A stretch of DNA of 64,000 bases, taken from contig CAWDEM010000008.1 in NCBI GenBank assembly GCA_963801355.1, positions 1,568,001 to 1,632,000 on the forward strand, given 5' to 3'. Shown here one piece after another: positions 45,476 to 54,076 of this stretch. The notes under the pieces were generated by a model that saw only the letters and a list, made by a program, of their open reading frames with translations, had not been told where the DNA came from and ran no database searches. Every line of letters starts with the position of its first letter. Within the stretch, counting starts at the first letter, position 1. Made by a program: the position numbers and the translations under genes. The DNA comes from Ignavibacteriota bacterium (GTDB taxonomy: Bacteria > Bacteroidota > Ignavibacteria > UBA10030 > UBA6906).

Positions 45476-46789
45476 TTACGGCGTTGACGCTACCGGATGG
45501 AGGAGAATAGCATATTCCCTCGCGGCCTTCTCAGGAGCCAGCGTGCGTTCCGCACCGGCATACGTGCTGCCCCACTTCTGTACCGCCTGACGGATGAGAT
45601 CCCACAACAGTCCCGGAACAAACCCTCTGATTTCCTGCACTTCCCAGCGCTGTGTGCCGAGCGCGAACGGCAGCAGGTAGTCGAGCGCGCCACGGATGCT
45701 CCTCCCGTCCGCCGTGCGGTAGTTCCAGAGATCCACGCCGGCGCGTTCAGCCAGAGTTGCGAGCGTGAACATTCCGTCGGCGTTCATGCAGGAATACTGC
45801 CAAGAGCTGGTGCGCGCGAGCTCTTCCGGTTGTCTGCCGTCGGGCTCGATTTGACTCGCGATACGCCTGGTTGTTGCTTCCCCGGCAATTGTCCGGGCCA
45901 GCACTGTGTCGCGGACGAACAGGGCAAGGGCCACGGCCTGAACGTCGTACCAGGTGCCGTGGTTGTTTTTTGCTTTCATCTCATGCCGGCCGTTCTCGCT
46001 CTCCCGCAACCAGGAGAGATAGAGCCGGCACCATTGCGTCATCCCCTGATCGTCGGCGGCGCTCCAGGAAGGCGAACCGCGCAGGAGAATCACAGCATCC
46101 AGCACACTTGTTATTCCCCGCACATCGATGATCCCCGCGCCACGCCCCTCATTTCTCCCCGGAATTGCCTGCGCGAAATTCAGGTTCGGGTTCATCCTCG
46201 TATCGGGATCGAGAAACCACGTGCGCAACAATGCCGCCGCGTGCTCGGCGGATGCCGGCGTCCCCGCAATGAAGTATTCAAGTGAGAGAACCCGCACGGC
46301 ACGGACCAGGATGGCGAAATTGTCGTGATCGGGGAAGTCCCGGATTTCAGGGTTTGATTCCCCGTCCTTCCGTATGTACGGCTTGCTTTTGTCGCCCGAC
46401 GGGTCGGGCCACCAGTACCTGCCCATGCTCATGTAGTCGTGCCTGTCACCGCTCGGTGGCAATTGCCGCTTCTGCATCACGGATACCGGCTCGAGCTTCA
46501 TGGCTTTGCCGGCATCCGAGCGGAGTCGGGAGAACACGGCCCGGTATCCGGGTGCGTCTGCCGCATATGCCGCGCGGGCCTGCATGAGAGCCGCGGGATC
46601 CATGACCAGCGTTGCCGGCCCCGCTTGTAGCCCCGCCCGATGCTCAGCTCCTTGCTCGGCCTGCTGGTCGGCCGTTTGGTACGCCTGCTGGTCACCCTGC
46701 TGTGCGGCCGTTTGGTACGCCTGCTGCTTAGCCGGCGCGGAAACGGCGGCGCACCACAGCACCATCATTGTCCAAAACAGACGGTTCAT
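45476..46789 (-). CDS. Alginate_lyase-fold lyase, PL38-like (alginate / glucuronan lyase)
   Basis: PPSGDRHDYMSMGRYWWPDP, PYIRKDGESNPE, NNHGTWYDVQ and QPEELART motifs. Start chosen 6 nt after GGAGG; alternative starts exist up to 46813. Confidence 0.85.
   Translation of the reverse strand: MNRLFWTMMVLWCAAVSAPAKQQAYQTAAQQGDQQAYQTADQQAEQGAEHRAGLQAGPATLVMDPAALMQARAAYAADAPGYRAVFSRLRSDAGKAMKLEPVSVMQKRQLPPSGDRHDYMSMGRYWWPDPSGDKSKPYIRKDGESNPEIRDFPDHDNFAILVRAVRVLSLEYFIAGTPASAEHAAALLRTWFLDPDTRMNPNLNFAQAIPGRNEGRGAGIIDVRGITSVLDAVILLRGSPSWSAADDQGMTQWCRLYLSWLRESENGRHEMKAKNNHGTWYDVQAVALALFVRDTVLARTIAGEATTRRIASQIEPDGRQPEELARTSSWQYSCMNADGMFTLATLAERAGVDLWNYRTADGRSIRGALDYLLPFALGTQRWEVQEIRGFVPGLLWDLIRQAVQKWGSTYAGAERTLAPEKAAREYAILLHPVASTP
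46669..46726. repeat. Coding repeat: 22-bp duplication at 36-bp spacing within a 12-bp periodic tract
   Basis: CGGCCGTTTGGTACGCCTGCTG at 46669-46690 and 46705-46726; encodes part of QQAYQTAAQQGDQQAYQTADQQAE. Confidence 0.85.
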
Positions 46790-46823
46790 CATCATCCTCC
46801 GGAGCAATGGCATCGCGCTGTTC

Positions 46824-47792
46824 TCAGGCCTGGATCAGGTGGACTGCAAAGCCGGCGAGGTCCATGTCAAGATACACCGCATGGGGCTTGCCGTTTTTCT
46901 CGAGCATTGTCTCGGGGAGGATCTTGAATCCCATCCGTTCAACGTACACAATCGCACGCTCGATGAAGTGCGTGCCGATGGCAAGATGCCCGTGCGTGCC
47001 CGGCGATGCGGCCTTCCGGAATTCCACCTGCGCGCCGGCAAAGAACGCCGCGGAGGTCTCACGCGACGCGACGTTGAGCAGGCCCCCGGTCAATCCCGCG
47101 AGTCGCGCAGCCTCCTCTGCGCTGCCGCTGTTGATCCCCACGTGTGCAACATGCAGTCCGAGCATCGTGCCGACCGCCTTTGCGGAGAGCGTCCGGATCT
47201 CCTCGAATTTCCCCGCGGCGATGAGATCCGATTTGACCATCCAGCTCCCGCCGCAGGCGTGCACGCGGGGGGATTTGAGATAGGAGAGCAGCAGCGACTC
47301 GTCGATGCCGCCCGTCGGGATGAACTTCATCGCCTTATAGGGGGCGCCGATGGCGTTGAGGTAGCTTAATCCGCCCATTGCTTCCGCCGGGAAGAATTTC
47401 ACGACCTCCAGCCCGAGTTCGATCGCCACTTCCACATCGCTCGGTGTGGCCACTCCCGGCGTGACCGGGATGCCGTGCGTAAGGCAGTACTCCACAACCT
47501 TGCGGTTGAGTCCGGGAGACACGATATACTTCGCACCACAGTCCACAGCGGTGGCCACCTGCTCGACCGTGAGCACCGTGCCCGCACCCATGAGCATGTC
47601 GGGAACGCCGGCGGAGATCTGCCGCATCGCGTCCCTGGCGGCATTTGTCCGGAAAGTGATTTCAATGCAGGGAATGCCCCCCTCCATCAATGCGCGGGCG
47701 AGGGGTACCGCATTGTTTGCGTCATCAATTGCGACGACAGGGACAATGCCGGTCAATCCGATTTTCTTGAGAATGGGGTCCACTGATGTCAT
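46824..47792 (-). CDS. eda: KHG/KDPG aldolase, long form with C-terminal extra domain
   Basis: IEITFRT, GAGTVL, VSPG, KFFPA, PTGGI and GGSW motifs, plus about 110 extra C-terminal residues. Confidence 0.93.
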   Translation of the reverse strand: MTSVDPILKKIGLTGIVPVVAIDDANNAVPLARALMEGGIPCIEITFRTNAARDAMRQISAGVPDMLMGAGTVLTVEQVATAVDCGAKYIVSPGLNRKVVEYCLTHGIPVTPGVATPSDVEVAIELGLEVVKFFPAEAMGGLSYLNAIGAPYKAMKFIPTGGIDESLLLSYLKSPRVHACGGSWMVKSDLIAAGKFEEIRTLSAKAVGTMLGLHVAHVGINSGSAEEAARLAGLTGGLLNVASRETSAAFFAGAQVEFRKAASPGTHGHLAIGTHFIERAIVYVERMGFKILPETMLEKNGKPHAVYLDMDLAGFAVHLIQA

Positions 47793-47815
47793 CCTTTACG
47801 ATTGATCCAGAAGAT

Positions 47816-48571
47816 TTACCGCGCCATCCAGCCGCCGTCAACGACCAGCACGTGCCCGTTGACGTAGTCCGAAGCCTTCGAAGCAAGAAAAATTGCCACA
47901 CCGCCCAGATCTTCGGGAATTCCCCACCGCCCCATGGGAATGCGCTCGGAGATTGCACGGGTACGTTCGGGATCCTTCCGGAGGTTTGCGGTGTTGTTCG
48001 TGACCATGTAGCCGGGAGCGATGGCATTGATATTCAGACCGTGCTGCCCCCACTCGTTTGCCAGCGCCTTCGTGATCTGTGCCACCGCACCCTTGCTTGC
48101 CGAGTACGACGGGACGTTGATCCCGCCACTGAAGCTGAGCAGCGATGCGACGTTGATGATTTTCCCCTGCTTCCGTTTCAGCATATCGCGCGCAACCGCC
48201 TGGCTGAGAAAGAAGACGGTCTTCGCATTGAGGGCCATCACCTCATCCCAGTCTTTTTCGGCAAAGTCGATGGCCGGCGTGCGGCGGATCGTTCCCGCGT
48301 TGTTCACCAGGATGTCAATCCTGCCGCATGCGGCAATCGCATCCGCGACCACCTTGCGGAGTTGCTCCATTGACGAAAGATCGGCTACCAGGGTGATGGA
48401 TTTCCGTCCCAGCCCCGCAATGGCTTTCGCCGTTTCATCCGATTCCACGCGGTCCACCAGCACCAGGTCGGCCCCTGCGGACGCCAGTCCCAGGGACATG
48501 CCCTGGCCCAGACCCGTGCTGGCTCCGGTCACCATGGCGACTTTACCCGTCAAGTCAAACAAGGTATTCAT
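47816..48571 (-). CDS. kduD: 2-dehydro-3-deoxy-D-gluconate 5-dehydrogenase
   Basis: TGASTGLGQG, NNAGTIRR, ASLLSFSGG, YSASK, ALANEW and VDGGWMAR motifs. Confidence 0.93.
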   Translation of the reverse strand: MNTLFDLTGKVAMVTGASTGLGQGMSLGLASAGADLVLVDRVESDETAKAIAGLGRKSITLVADLSSMEQLRKVVADAIAACGRIDILVNNAGTIRRTPAIDFAEKDWDEVMALNAKTVFFLSQAVARDMLKRKQGKIINVASLLSFSGGINVPSYSASKGAVAQITKALANEWGQHGLNINAIAPGYMVTNNTANLRKDPERTRAISERIPMGRWGIPEDLGGVAIFLASKASDYVNGHVLVVDGGWMAR

Positions 48572-48608
48572 GACACCTCCGGATATTGAGTAAGCCTCGG
48601 CTGTTTCA

Positions 48609-49898
48609 TCACTTCGTCCGGGTCACCGCAGTCGGATCCACCCGCCCGATATTCCCCGAGAACAGGAAGACCATGAGCGTTCCCAGGGGGACAAGGGATG
48701 CTGCGAGGAAGAAGAAGAGCAAGTAACTGGTTTGCGTTATGGACGGCACCATCCAGGTTGTCACCAGCACACCCGCCACGGCACTGGTCCCGCCGAGCCC
48801 CGCAAGCGTGCCGACCGATTTCCCGGAGAAGAAGTCGCTGGGGAGCGTCTGGATATTATTGATGACAATCTGGTAGCCGAACAGGGCAACGGCGATGAGC
48901 AGCACGGCGGCAAGCGGGTCCGCGGCATACGCGCTCGCGATCAGCAGCGGGAACATGATGGCTCCGCCGCCGACGATTGTCCACTTCCGTGATTTGTTCA
49001 CGGACCATCCTTTACCGATCATGTAGCCCGAAAACCATCCCCCCAGAAGACTGCCGGCCGCCGCGCCGACGTAGGGCACCCACGCGAAGAGGCCGATCTG
49101 CTTGATATCGAACCCGAACTGCTCCGCCAGGTAAATGGGCATCCAGTTCACGAACAGCCACCAGATGGGATCGATGAAGAACCGTGACGCAATCACCGCC
49201 CAACTCTGCCGCATACCGAGCAGTTCACGCACTGTCAGCGCGCGGTCTCCTGATCCGCCGGCGTTCTCCGGTGAAGATTGCCCGCTGAGAATGTGCCGGC
49301 GCTCCGTATCGGAAAGCCAGGGATGCAACTCGGGCTTCGCCCTGTTCACGATCAGCCAGGGTATCACCCAGAGCAACCCCAGCCCGCCGACGATGACAAA
49401 CGTCATGCGCCAGCCGACGAGCAAATACAGCCATGCGATCACCGGAGCCGAGAGGACGGCGCCGAGGGACGCCCCGGCATTGAAGATCCCCTGTGCAAAC
49501 GCGCGTTCGGTGACCGGGAACCACTCTGCATTGGATTTTGTCGCACCCGGCCAGTTACCCGCTTCGCTGAACCCGAGCAGCCCCCGGACCATGGCGAAGC
49601 TCGTGACGCTCCGCGCGAGCCCGTGCAGTCCGCACGATATCGACCACATCACAATCGTGATGACAAACGAGATACGCGTGCCCAACCAGTCGAAGAATTT
49701 TCCCGACACCCCCTGCCCGATGGCATAGGCGACCATGAACGCGGAGATGATCATGGCCAGCTGTTCTTTCTTCAAGCCCAGGTCAGCGGAGATGCCCGAC
49801 CACATCACCGTGAGGGAGTTCCGGTCGATGTAGTTAATGATTGTGGCCACTCCAATGAGCGCAATGATCCACCACCGTACGCCCTTGACAATGCGCAT
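48609..49898 (-). CDS. exuT: MFS hexuronate transporter (ExuT / ACS family)
   Basis: RWWIIAL...INYIDR, EAGNWPGATK and RFFIDPIWW motifs; multiple TM helices. Confidence 0.85.
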   Translation of the reverse strand: MRIVKGVRWWIIALIGVATIINYIDRNSLTVMWSGISADLGLKKEQLAMIISAFMVAYAIGQGVSGKFFDWLGTRISFVITIVMWSISCGLHGLARSVTSFAMVRGLLGFSEAGNWPGATKSNAEWFPVTERAFAQGIFNAGASLGAVLSAPVIAWLYLLVGWRMTFVIVGGLGLLWVIPWLIVNRAKPELHPWLSDTERRHILSGQSSPENAGGSGDRALTVRELLGMRQSWAVIASRFFIDPIWWLFVNWMPIYLAEQFGFDIKQIGLFAWVPYVGAAAGSLLGGWFSGYMIGKGWSVNKSRKWTIVGGGAIMFPLLIASAYAADPLAAVLLIAVALFGYQIVINNIQTLPSDFFSGKSVGTLAGLGGTSAVAGVLVTTWMVPSITQTSYLLFFFLAASLVPLGTLMVFLFSGNIGRVDPTAVTRTK

Positions 49899-49901
49899 GG
49901 G

Positions 49902-50258
49902 CTACCCTTTCCGGGCGAGAAAATCCTCGCGGGCAGGTGTGAAAACATCCAGCAGGCTGCTCCGTTCGAGCGCTACGACACCGTGCGGTATCTCCGGCGG
50001 GATGAAGTAGCAATCACCGCCTTTCAGCACCTGCTTCTCGTCCCCGATCAGCACTTCGAACGATCCAGACTCGATATAGGTGACCTGCCGGTGCGGGTGC
50101 GTGTGCACATAGCCGACCGCGTCCTTCTCGAACTGCACGCGCACCAGCATCAACTGGTCGTCATAACCCAGGATCTGCCGGCGCACTCCGGGCCCGGGTG
50201 CCTCCCAGGCACACGCGTCTCCAGAGAGGAATCGCTTCGGATCATTCGGAGAATTCAT
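49902..50258 (-). CDS. kdgF: Cupin protein KdgF (unsaturated monouronate linearisation)
   Basis: RQILGYD, HTHPHRQ, PHGV and DVFTPAREDF motifs; context. Confidence 0.9.
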   Translation of the reverse strand: MNSPNDPKRFLSGDACAWEAPGPGVRRQILGYDDQLMLVRVQFEKDAVGYVHTHPHRQVTYIESGSFEVLIGDEKQVLKGGDCYFIPPEIPHGVVALERSSLLDVFTPAREDFLARKG

Positions 50259-50313
50259 GAACGTTCCTTCTCGTTGTCAGGATGCCATCGGTCGACGCCG
50301 GCCCCGCACCGTG

Positions 50314-52482
50314 TCACTGCTGCAATGCCCACGGGCCGGTCCAGGAGTAGAGTTCTCCGGCGGCGTTGATCGTGTGCCGCAGCGCGGGATCAGGCGATCC
50401 GTTCGCAACCATGAAGCGCCAGCGTAAGTCGCCCTTGCCGGTGATCTCGACCACCGTCCCCTCTTCCGTCGCGGCGATCACCCGCACGTTCTGAACGCGC
50501 GGCTGCGCGTCGTTGGAAATCTCCTGCACCGGTTCGAATTCTCCGTGGGGCTCGATCACTGACGCAAACACGGTTGACCGCGCTGCACGGCGCAAAATCA
50601 CTGCAGGCTCGTTGCGCAGGTTGAAGTTCGGGTCGTGGGCGCCGATCCGGACAAAAAATACTTCGGTCCCGGAGTCAGCCGCGCTGGTCACCGTATAGTA
50701 ACGCCGGTGCAGCAGCCACGAAAACTGGACTGTCTCATCTGTGCGTCCGGACGCCTCCCGCCAGAGATGCTGATACCCGTCGCGGGCACCCAGCGGTGTG
50801 CGCATTGCCGTCGCCGCCTCATACCGGACGTTGGTGTACACCAGCTGCCCCATATAGTAGAACGGAAGGTCGTAGACGTGCGAAGCATCGGAAACACAAC
50901 GGAAGACATCGATAACAACGGGGCGCGAAAACATCGGGCTTTGCACCAGCGCCATCGTCCGCTGCATCTGCACTCCGGGATACGCTGCGCTCTCCCGGCC
51001 GCTCATCACCTGCACGGCCGCATCGTCTGCGGCAAAGATATGCCTTACCCCGGGGGACCTCTCGCCCTTTTCCGTGCTGCCGCCGAACTGCGATCGCCCG
51101 TCCACGGTCACGGTATTGTGTGCAATGGTCTGTTTCGCCCAGGTTTTATTCTCCTCAAGGTACCGCCCGCCGAATTTCGGCTCCACGTTGATGAACCGCG
51201 CAGATCCGTAGTCCTGAATCACCTCCCGCTTCTGTTCGTACAACGAGAACCCGAGGCGGTCGAAATGCCCGTGCCCCATTCCCTGCGCGGCGTACTTGAG
51301 CACCAGCAACGACTGCTCGTCCCGCGGAAACGCGCGGAGCAATCCCACAGCGCCGCTCGTTCCCTCCGGTCCGTCACGCAACTCGACGCTCGCAAACCGG
51401 AAGGGTTGCTGTTTGCGTGCGGCGACATCCCGGGCGACCTCCAGCCCGGCACCGCTCAACATCACGACACCCTGGCGCTCTGCAATATCGAGCAATTGCG
51501 GATTGTGACCCCCCCGCGCATAGGTGACGTCCAGCGATGTCACCATTTCTTTGGCCGTGATGGCCATTTCTTTCAAGGCATCGTTGTACGGGATGAAACG
51601 CCCCGCAGGTGTGAGCTGCTGCACTCCTATCGTGAGGGCTTTGGCCAGGATGCTGTCGCGGTAGGCAAAGATGCGCATTGCGGGACGGTTGTGGTCTATC
51701 GCCTGCGCAAAGAGATAAAACGGCATCAGCGCATACCGGGTGTAGTACGGTCCTTCGGTGTAGTAGCCGTCGGGCGAGAAGAGCAGGTCCAGCTGCCGGA
51801 GGAATCCTCCTTTGCGGTCTTTCTTCGTCCCGAGCAGCGCCTTGTCAACGAGATCGGCATCCCGCAACGCGAATCCCAGCATCCCGACCGATGTCACCAT
51901 CCAGGTGCCGTGATTGTGGATGCGGTCGTACTCGGCTGCATGAGGTCCGGTGAAATATCCGGCCATCGGGCGGAGCACGGAGTTCTCGATGCGCTGCCGC
52001 TCCGCAGGGGTGAGGGCCTCATACACGCAATCGTACGCTTGCGCGACATGCACCAGCCAGACCGTTTCGTTCAGGGTTTGCCAGAAGAGACGCCCCCCGG
52101 ACTCTTCCGAGTTGGCTTTGGGATGGAGTCCGAGCGTCGGGTACAGGTCCGCATAGAGGAGAAGCATGTCACGGATAAATTGCGCGTAGCGGGATTCGCC
52201 GGTCATCGCGTACAGCACGCCGGCCGCCTGCATCTGCGTGTAGTTCAGCTTGTGGCGCTCGTGCGTGTAGCCCCCCGCATCAACCGGACGCGGCACGTCC
52301 ATCGGCTTCGTAAAAGCGTCCTCGAGCAGTGCCCGAGCGCGCGCATAAGAGGAATCAAGGAGCGGGAGCGTGCCGAGCGCCGAGTGCATCGCCTGTGCGT
52401 CACTGCGGGTAATCACCAGCGATGGGCGCGGTGGACCTGCCGCGAGTGTCGTCATCGCCACGAGGAGCGCAAGGAGACGCAT
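50314..52482 (-). CDS. PL17 exo-oligoalginate lyase
   Basis: GGYTHERHK, FWQTLNE, HNHGTW, EGPYYTRY, GHGHFD and DYGSARF...KFGGRY motifs; AAGGAG SD before ATG 52482. Confidence 0.92.
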   Translation of the reverse strand: MRLLALLVAMTTLAAGPPRPSLVITRSDAQAMHSALGTLPLLDSSYARARALLEDAFTKPMDVPRPVDAGGYTHERHKLNYTQMQAAGVLYAMTGESRYAQFIRDMLLLYADLYPTLGLHPKANSEESGGRLFWQTLNETVWLVHVAQAYDCVYEALTPAERQRIENSVLRPMAGYFTGPHAAEYDRIHNHGTWMVTSVGMLGFALRDADLVDKALLGTKKDRKGGFLRQLDLLFSPDGYYTEGPYYTRYALMPFYLFAQAIDHNRPAMRIFAYRDSILAKALTIGVQQLTPAGRFIPYNDALKEMAITAKEMVTSLDVTYARGGHNPQLLDIAERQGVVMLSGAGLEVARDVAARKQQPFRFASVELRDGPEGTSGAVGLLRAFPRDEQSLLVLKYAAQGMGHGHFDRLGFSLYEQKREVIQDYGSARFINVEPKFGGRYLEENKTWAKQTIAHNTVTVDGRSQFGGSTEKGERSPGVRHIFAADDAAVQVMSGRESAAYPGVQMQRTMALVQSPMFSRPVVIDVFRCVSDASHVYDLPFYYMGQLVYTNVRYEAATAMRTPLGARDGYQHLWREASGRTDETVQFSWLLHRRYYTVTSAADSGTEVFFVRIGAHDPNFNLRNEPAVILRRAARSTVFASVIEPHGEFEPVQEISNDAQPRVQNVRVIAATEEGTVVEITGKGDLRWRFMVANGSPDPALRHTINAAGELYSWTGPWALQQ

Positions 52483-52493
52483 GGATACTCCTT

Positions 52494-53240
52494 TCACGAG
52501 AAGTATGTTCCGCCGTTGATGTCCACACAAGCTCCCGTGATGAACGAGGCTTCGGCCGAAGCAAGATACGCCACAAGTTCGGCGACTTCGGAAGCTTCTC
52601 CTTCTCTGCGCAGCGGGGTACCCGCCGCCACGCGCTCTCGCACTTCAGGTTTGGTGAACACGTTGTGGAACGTTGTATTGATCATTCCCGGGGCAACACA
52701 GTTCACCCGGATCTTGCGCGGACCGAGTTCTTTCGCCAGGCCGCGCGTCAGGGTCATCACGCCGCCTTTCGCCGTGGCGTACGCAATCGCGCCCGGCCCG
52801 CCGCCGTCGCGGCCTGCCTGCGAGGCGAAATTCACGATCGCTCCGCCTTCCGGCATGTGGGGCAACACTTCCCGGGTCACGAGAAACACACTGCCGAGGT
52901 TTAGCAGCTGGACAAACTCCCAGAACTTCTGATCCATCTCCGCCATCGTCTTCCGGGCGACGAGCCCGCCTGCAACATTCACGAGGATGTGGATCGAGGC
53001 ACCAAAATGCTCCAGTGTCTCTCTGACCAGCCGTTGTACATCCTCAGGGCGCGTGACGTCCGCCTGCAGCGCGACGGCTTTCCCCCCCGCAGCGGCAATT
53101 ATCCGGACGGTTTCCTCAGCGTCTCCGGGATTGTCAAAATAGTTCACAGCAACCGCCGCTCCACGCCGGGAAAGATTCAGGGAGATCGCGCGGCCGATGT
53201 CCCGCGCTCCACCGGTAACCAAAGCAACACTGCCTTTCAT
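52494..53240 (-). CDS. SDR oxidoreductase, probable DEH reductase
   Basis: TGGARDIG, AGGLVARK and GRDGGGPGAIAYATAKG resemble alginate DEH reductases; adjacent to PL17. Confidence 0.82.
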   Translation of the reverse strand: MKGSVALVTGGARDIGRAISLNLSRRGAAVAVNYFDNPGDAEETVRIIAAAGGKAVALQADVTRPEDVQRLVRETLEHFGASIHILVNVAGGLVARKTMAEMDQKFWEFVQLLNLGSVFLVTREVLPHMPEGGAIVNFASQAGRDGGGPGAIAYATAKGGVMTLTRGLAKELGPRKIRVNCVAPGMINTTFHNVFTKPEVRERVAAGTPLRREGEASEVAELVAYLASAEASFITGACVDINGGTYFS

Positions 53241-53251
53241 CCTGTTGACTC

Positions 53252-53974
53252 CTATGACTTGCGAGATTGTACTTGAAGCATGTGCCGTGCGTGTTCCTCG
53301 GCAATGCGCAAGTGTTCTGCCATGGTATCGCGCGCACCGTCGACATCCGCCGCAACGATCCGCTCGGTGATGCGGGAATGCCATTCCAGCGCGGATTCGC
53401 GCGCATGCTCGACCGTGGCGTACACGGAGGACTTGATTTCGGGCATGAGACGATGAATGGGATCGATAATCAGGGGCATCAGCGGATTCTGCGATGCCCG
53501 TGCGATGTCAAGATGAAACGCCATGTCCAGACCCGCTAGCTGCAGGTAGTCCTCCGATGCATTCCGCAATTCCTCCACATCCTGCCGGAGCTTGAGAATG
53601 TCGTCGTTGGTGCGCTGCGCTGCAGCCACCGCCGCAATGGACGGCTCGATGGCCTGACGCGCCCTGATGACGTCCAGGACGAAGACCTTTTCGTAGTTCA
53701 TGCTCAGATAGAGCCTGAGCGGGTCTGTGACGGCGGCTGCGGAGAGGGTATTGATGAACATCCCCTTCCCTTTTTCAATGGTGACGAGGCCTCTTGCGCT
53801 GAGCATGCGGAGAGCCTCGCGGACCGCAGTACGGCTCACGCCGAACGATTTGCAGAGCTCCATTTCGCTGGGGAGCCGCATCCCCGGCCCCAGGAGTTTA
53901 TCCTTGATGGCCTGTTCAATCTGCTCGACGACAGTCTGGCTGAGCAGTCTGCGGGCAGCTACTTTTTGGAACAA
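53252..53974 (-). CDS. GntR family (FadR subfamily) transcriptional regulator
   Basis: LPSEMELCKSFGVSRTAVREAL wHTH and FCD domain DMAFHLDIARASQN; TTG start inferred. Confidence 0.93.
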   Translation of the reverse strand: MFQKVAARRLLSQTVVEQIEQAIKDKLLGPGMRLPSEMELCKSFGVSRTAVREALRMLSARGLVTIEKGKGMFINTLSAAAVTDPLRLYLSMNYEKVFVLDVIRARQAIEPSIAAVAAAQRTNDDILKLRQDVEELRNASEDYLQLAGLDMAFHLDIARASQNPLMPLIIDPIHRLMPEIKSSVYATVEHARESALEWHSRITERIVAADVDGARDTMAEHLRIAEEHARHMLQVQSRKS

Positions 53975-54002
53975 TTTAGTTTTCCGCGAATGAGGTGGGA
54001 TG

Positions 54003-54027
54003 ATGTAACATGTATGACATCTGACAA
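54003..54027. promoter_or_regulatory. Putative GntR/FadR operator overlapping the transcription start
   Basis: Overlapping palindromes ATGTAACAT and ATGTATGACAT plus CTGACAA; fits the FadR-type GT-N(1-3)-AC pattern. Confidence 0.6.
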
Positions 54028-54033
54028 TGTGCA

Positions 54034-54062
54034 AATATAAAGCAGAAAAAGTGGGTTGTCAA
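54034..54062 (-). promoter_or_regulatory. Sigma70-type promoter heading the uronate locus
   Basis: TTGACA-N17-TATATT on the minus strand. Confidence 0.75.
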
Positions 54063-54076
54063 GGGAAAAATGACAA

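Noticed and set aside
50635-52932. 765-aa plus-strand ORF, and similar long antisense ORFs at 9898-11727, 19038-21032, 27404-29329 and 29326-30888
   Set aside because: They are shadows of well-supported minus-strand genes in GC-rich DNA, with no recognisable motifs and atypical composition.
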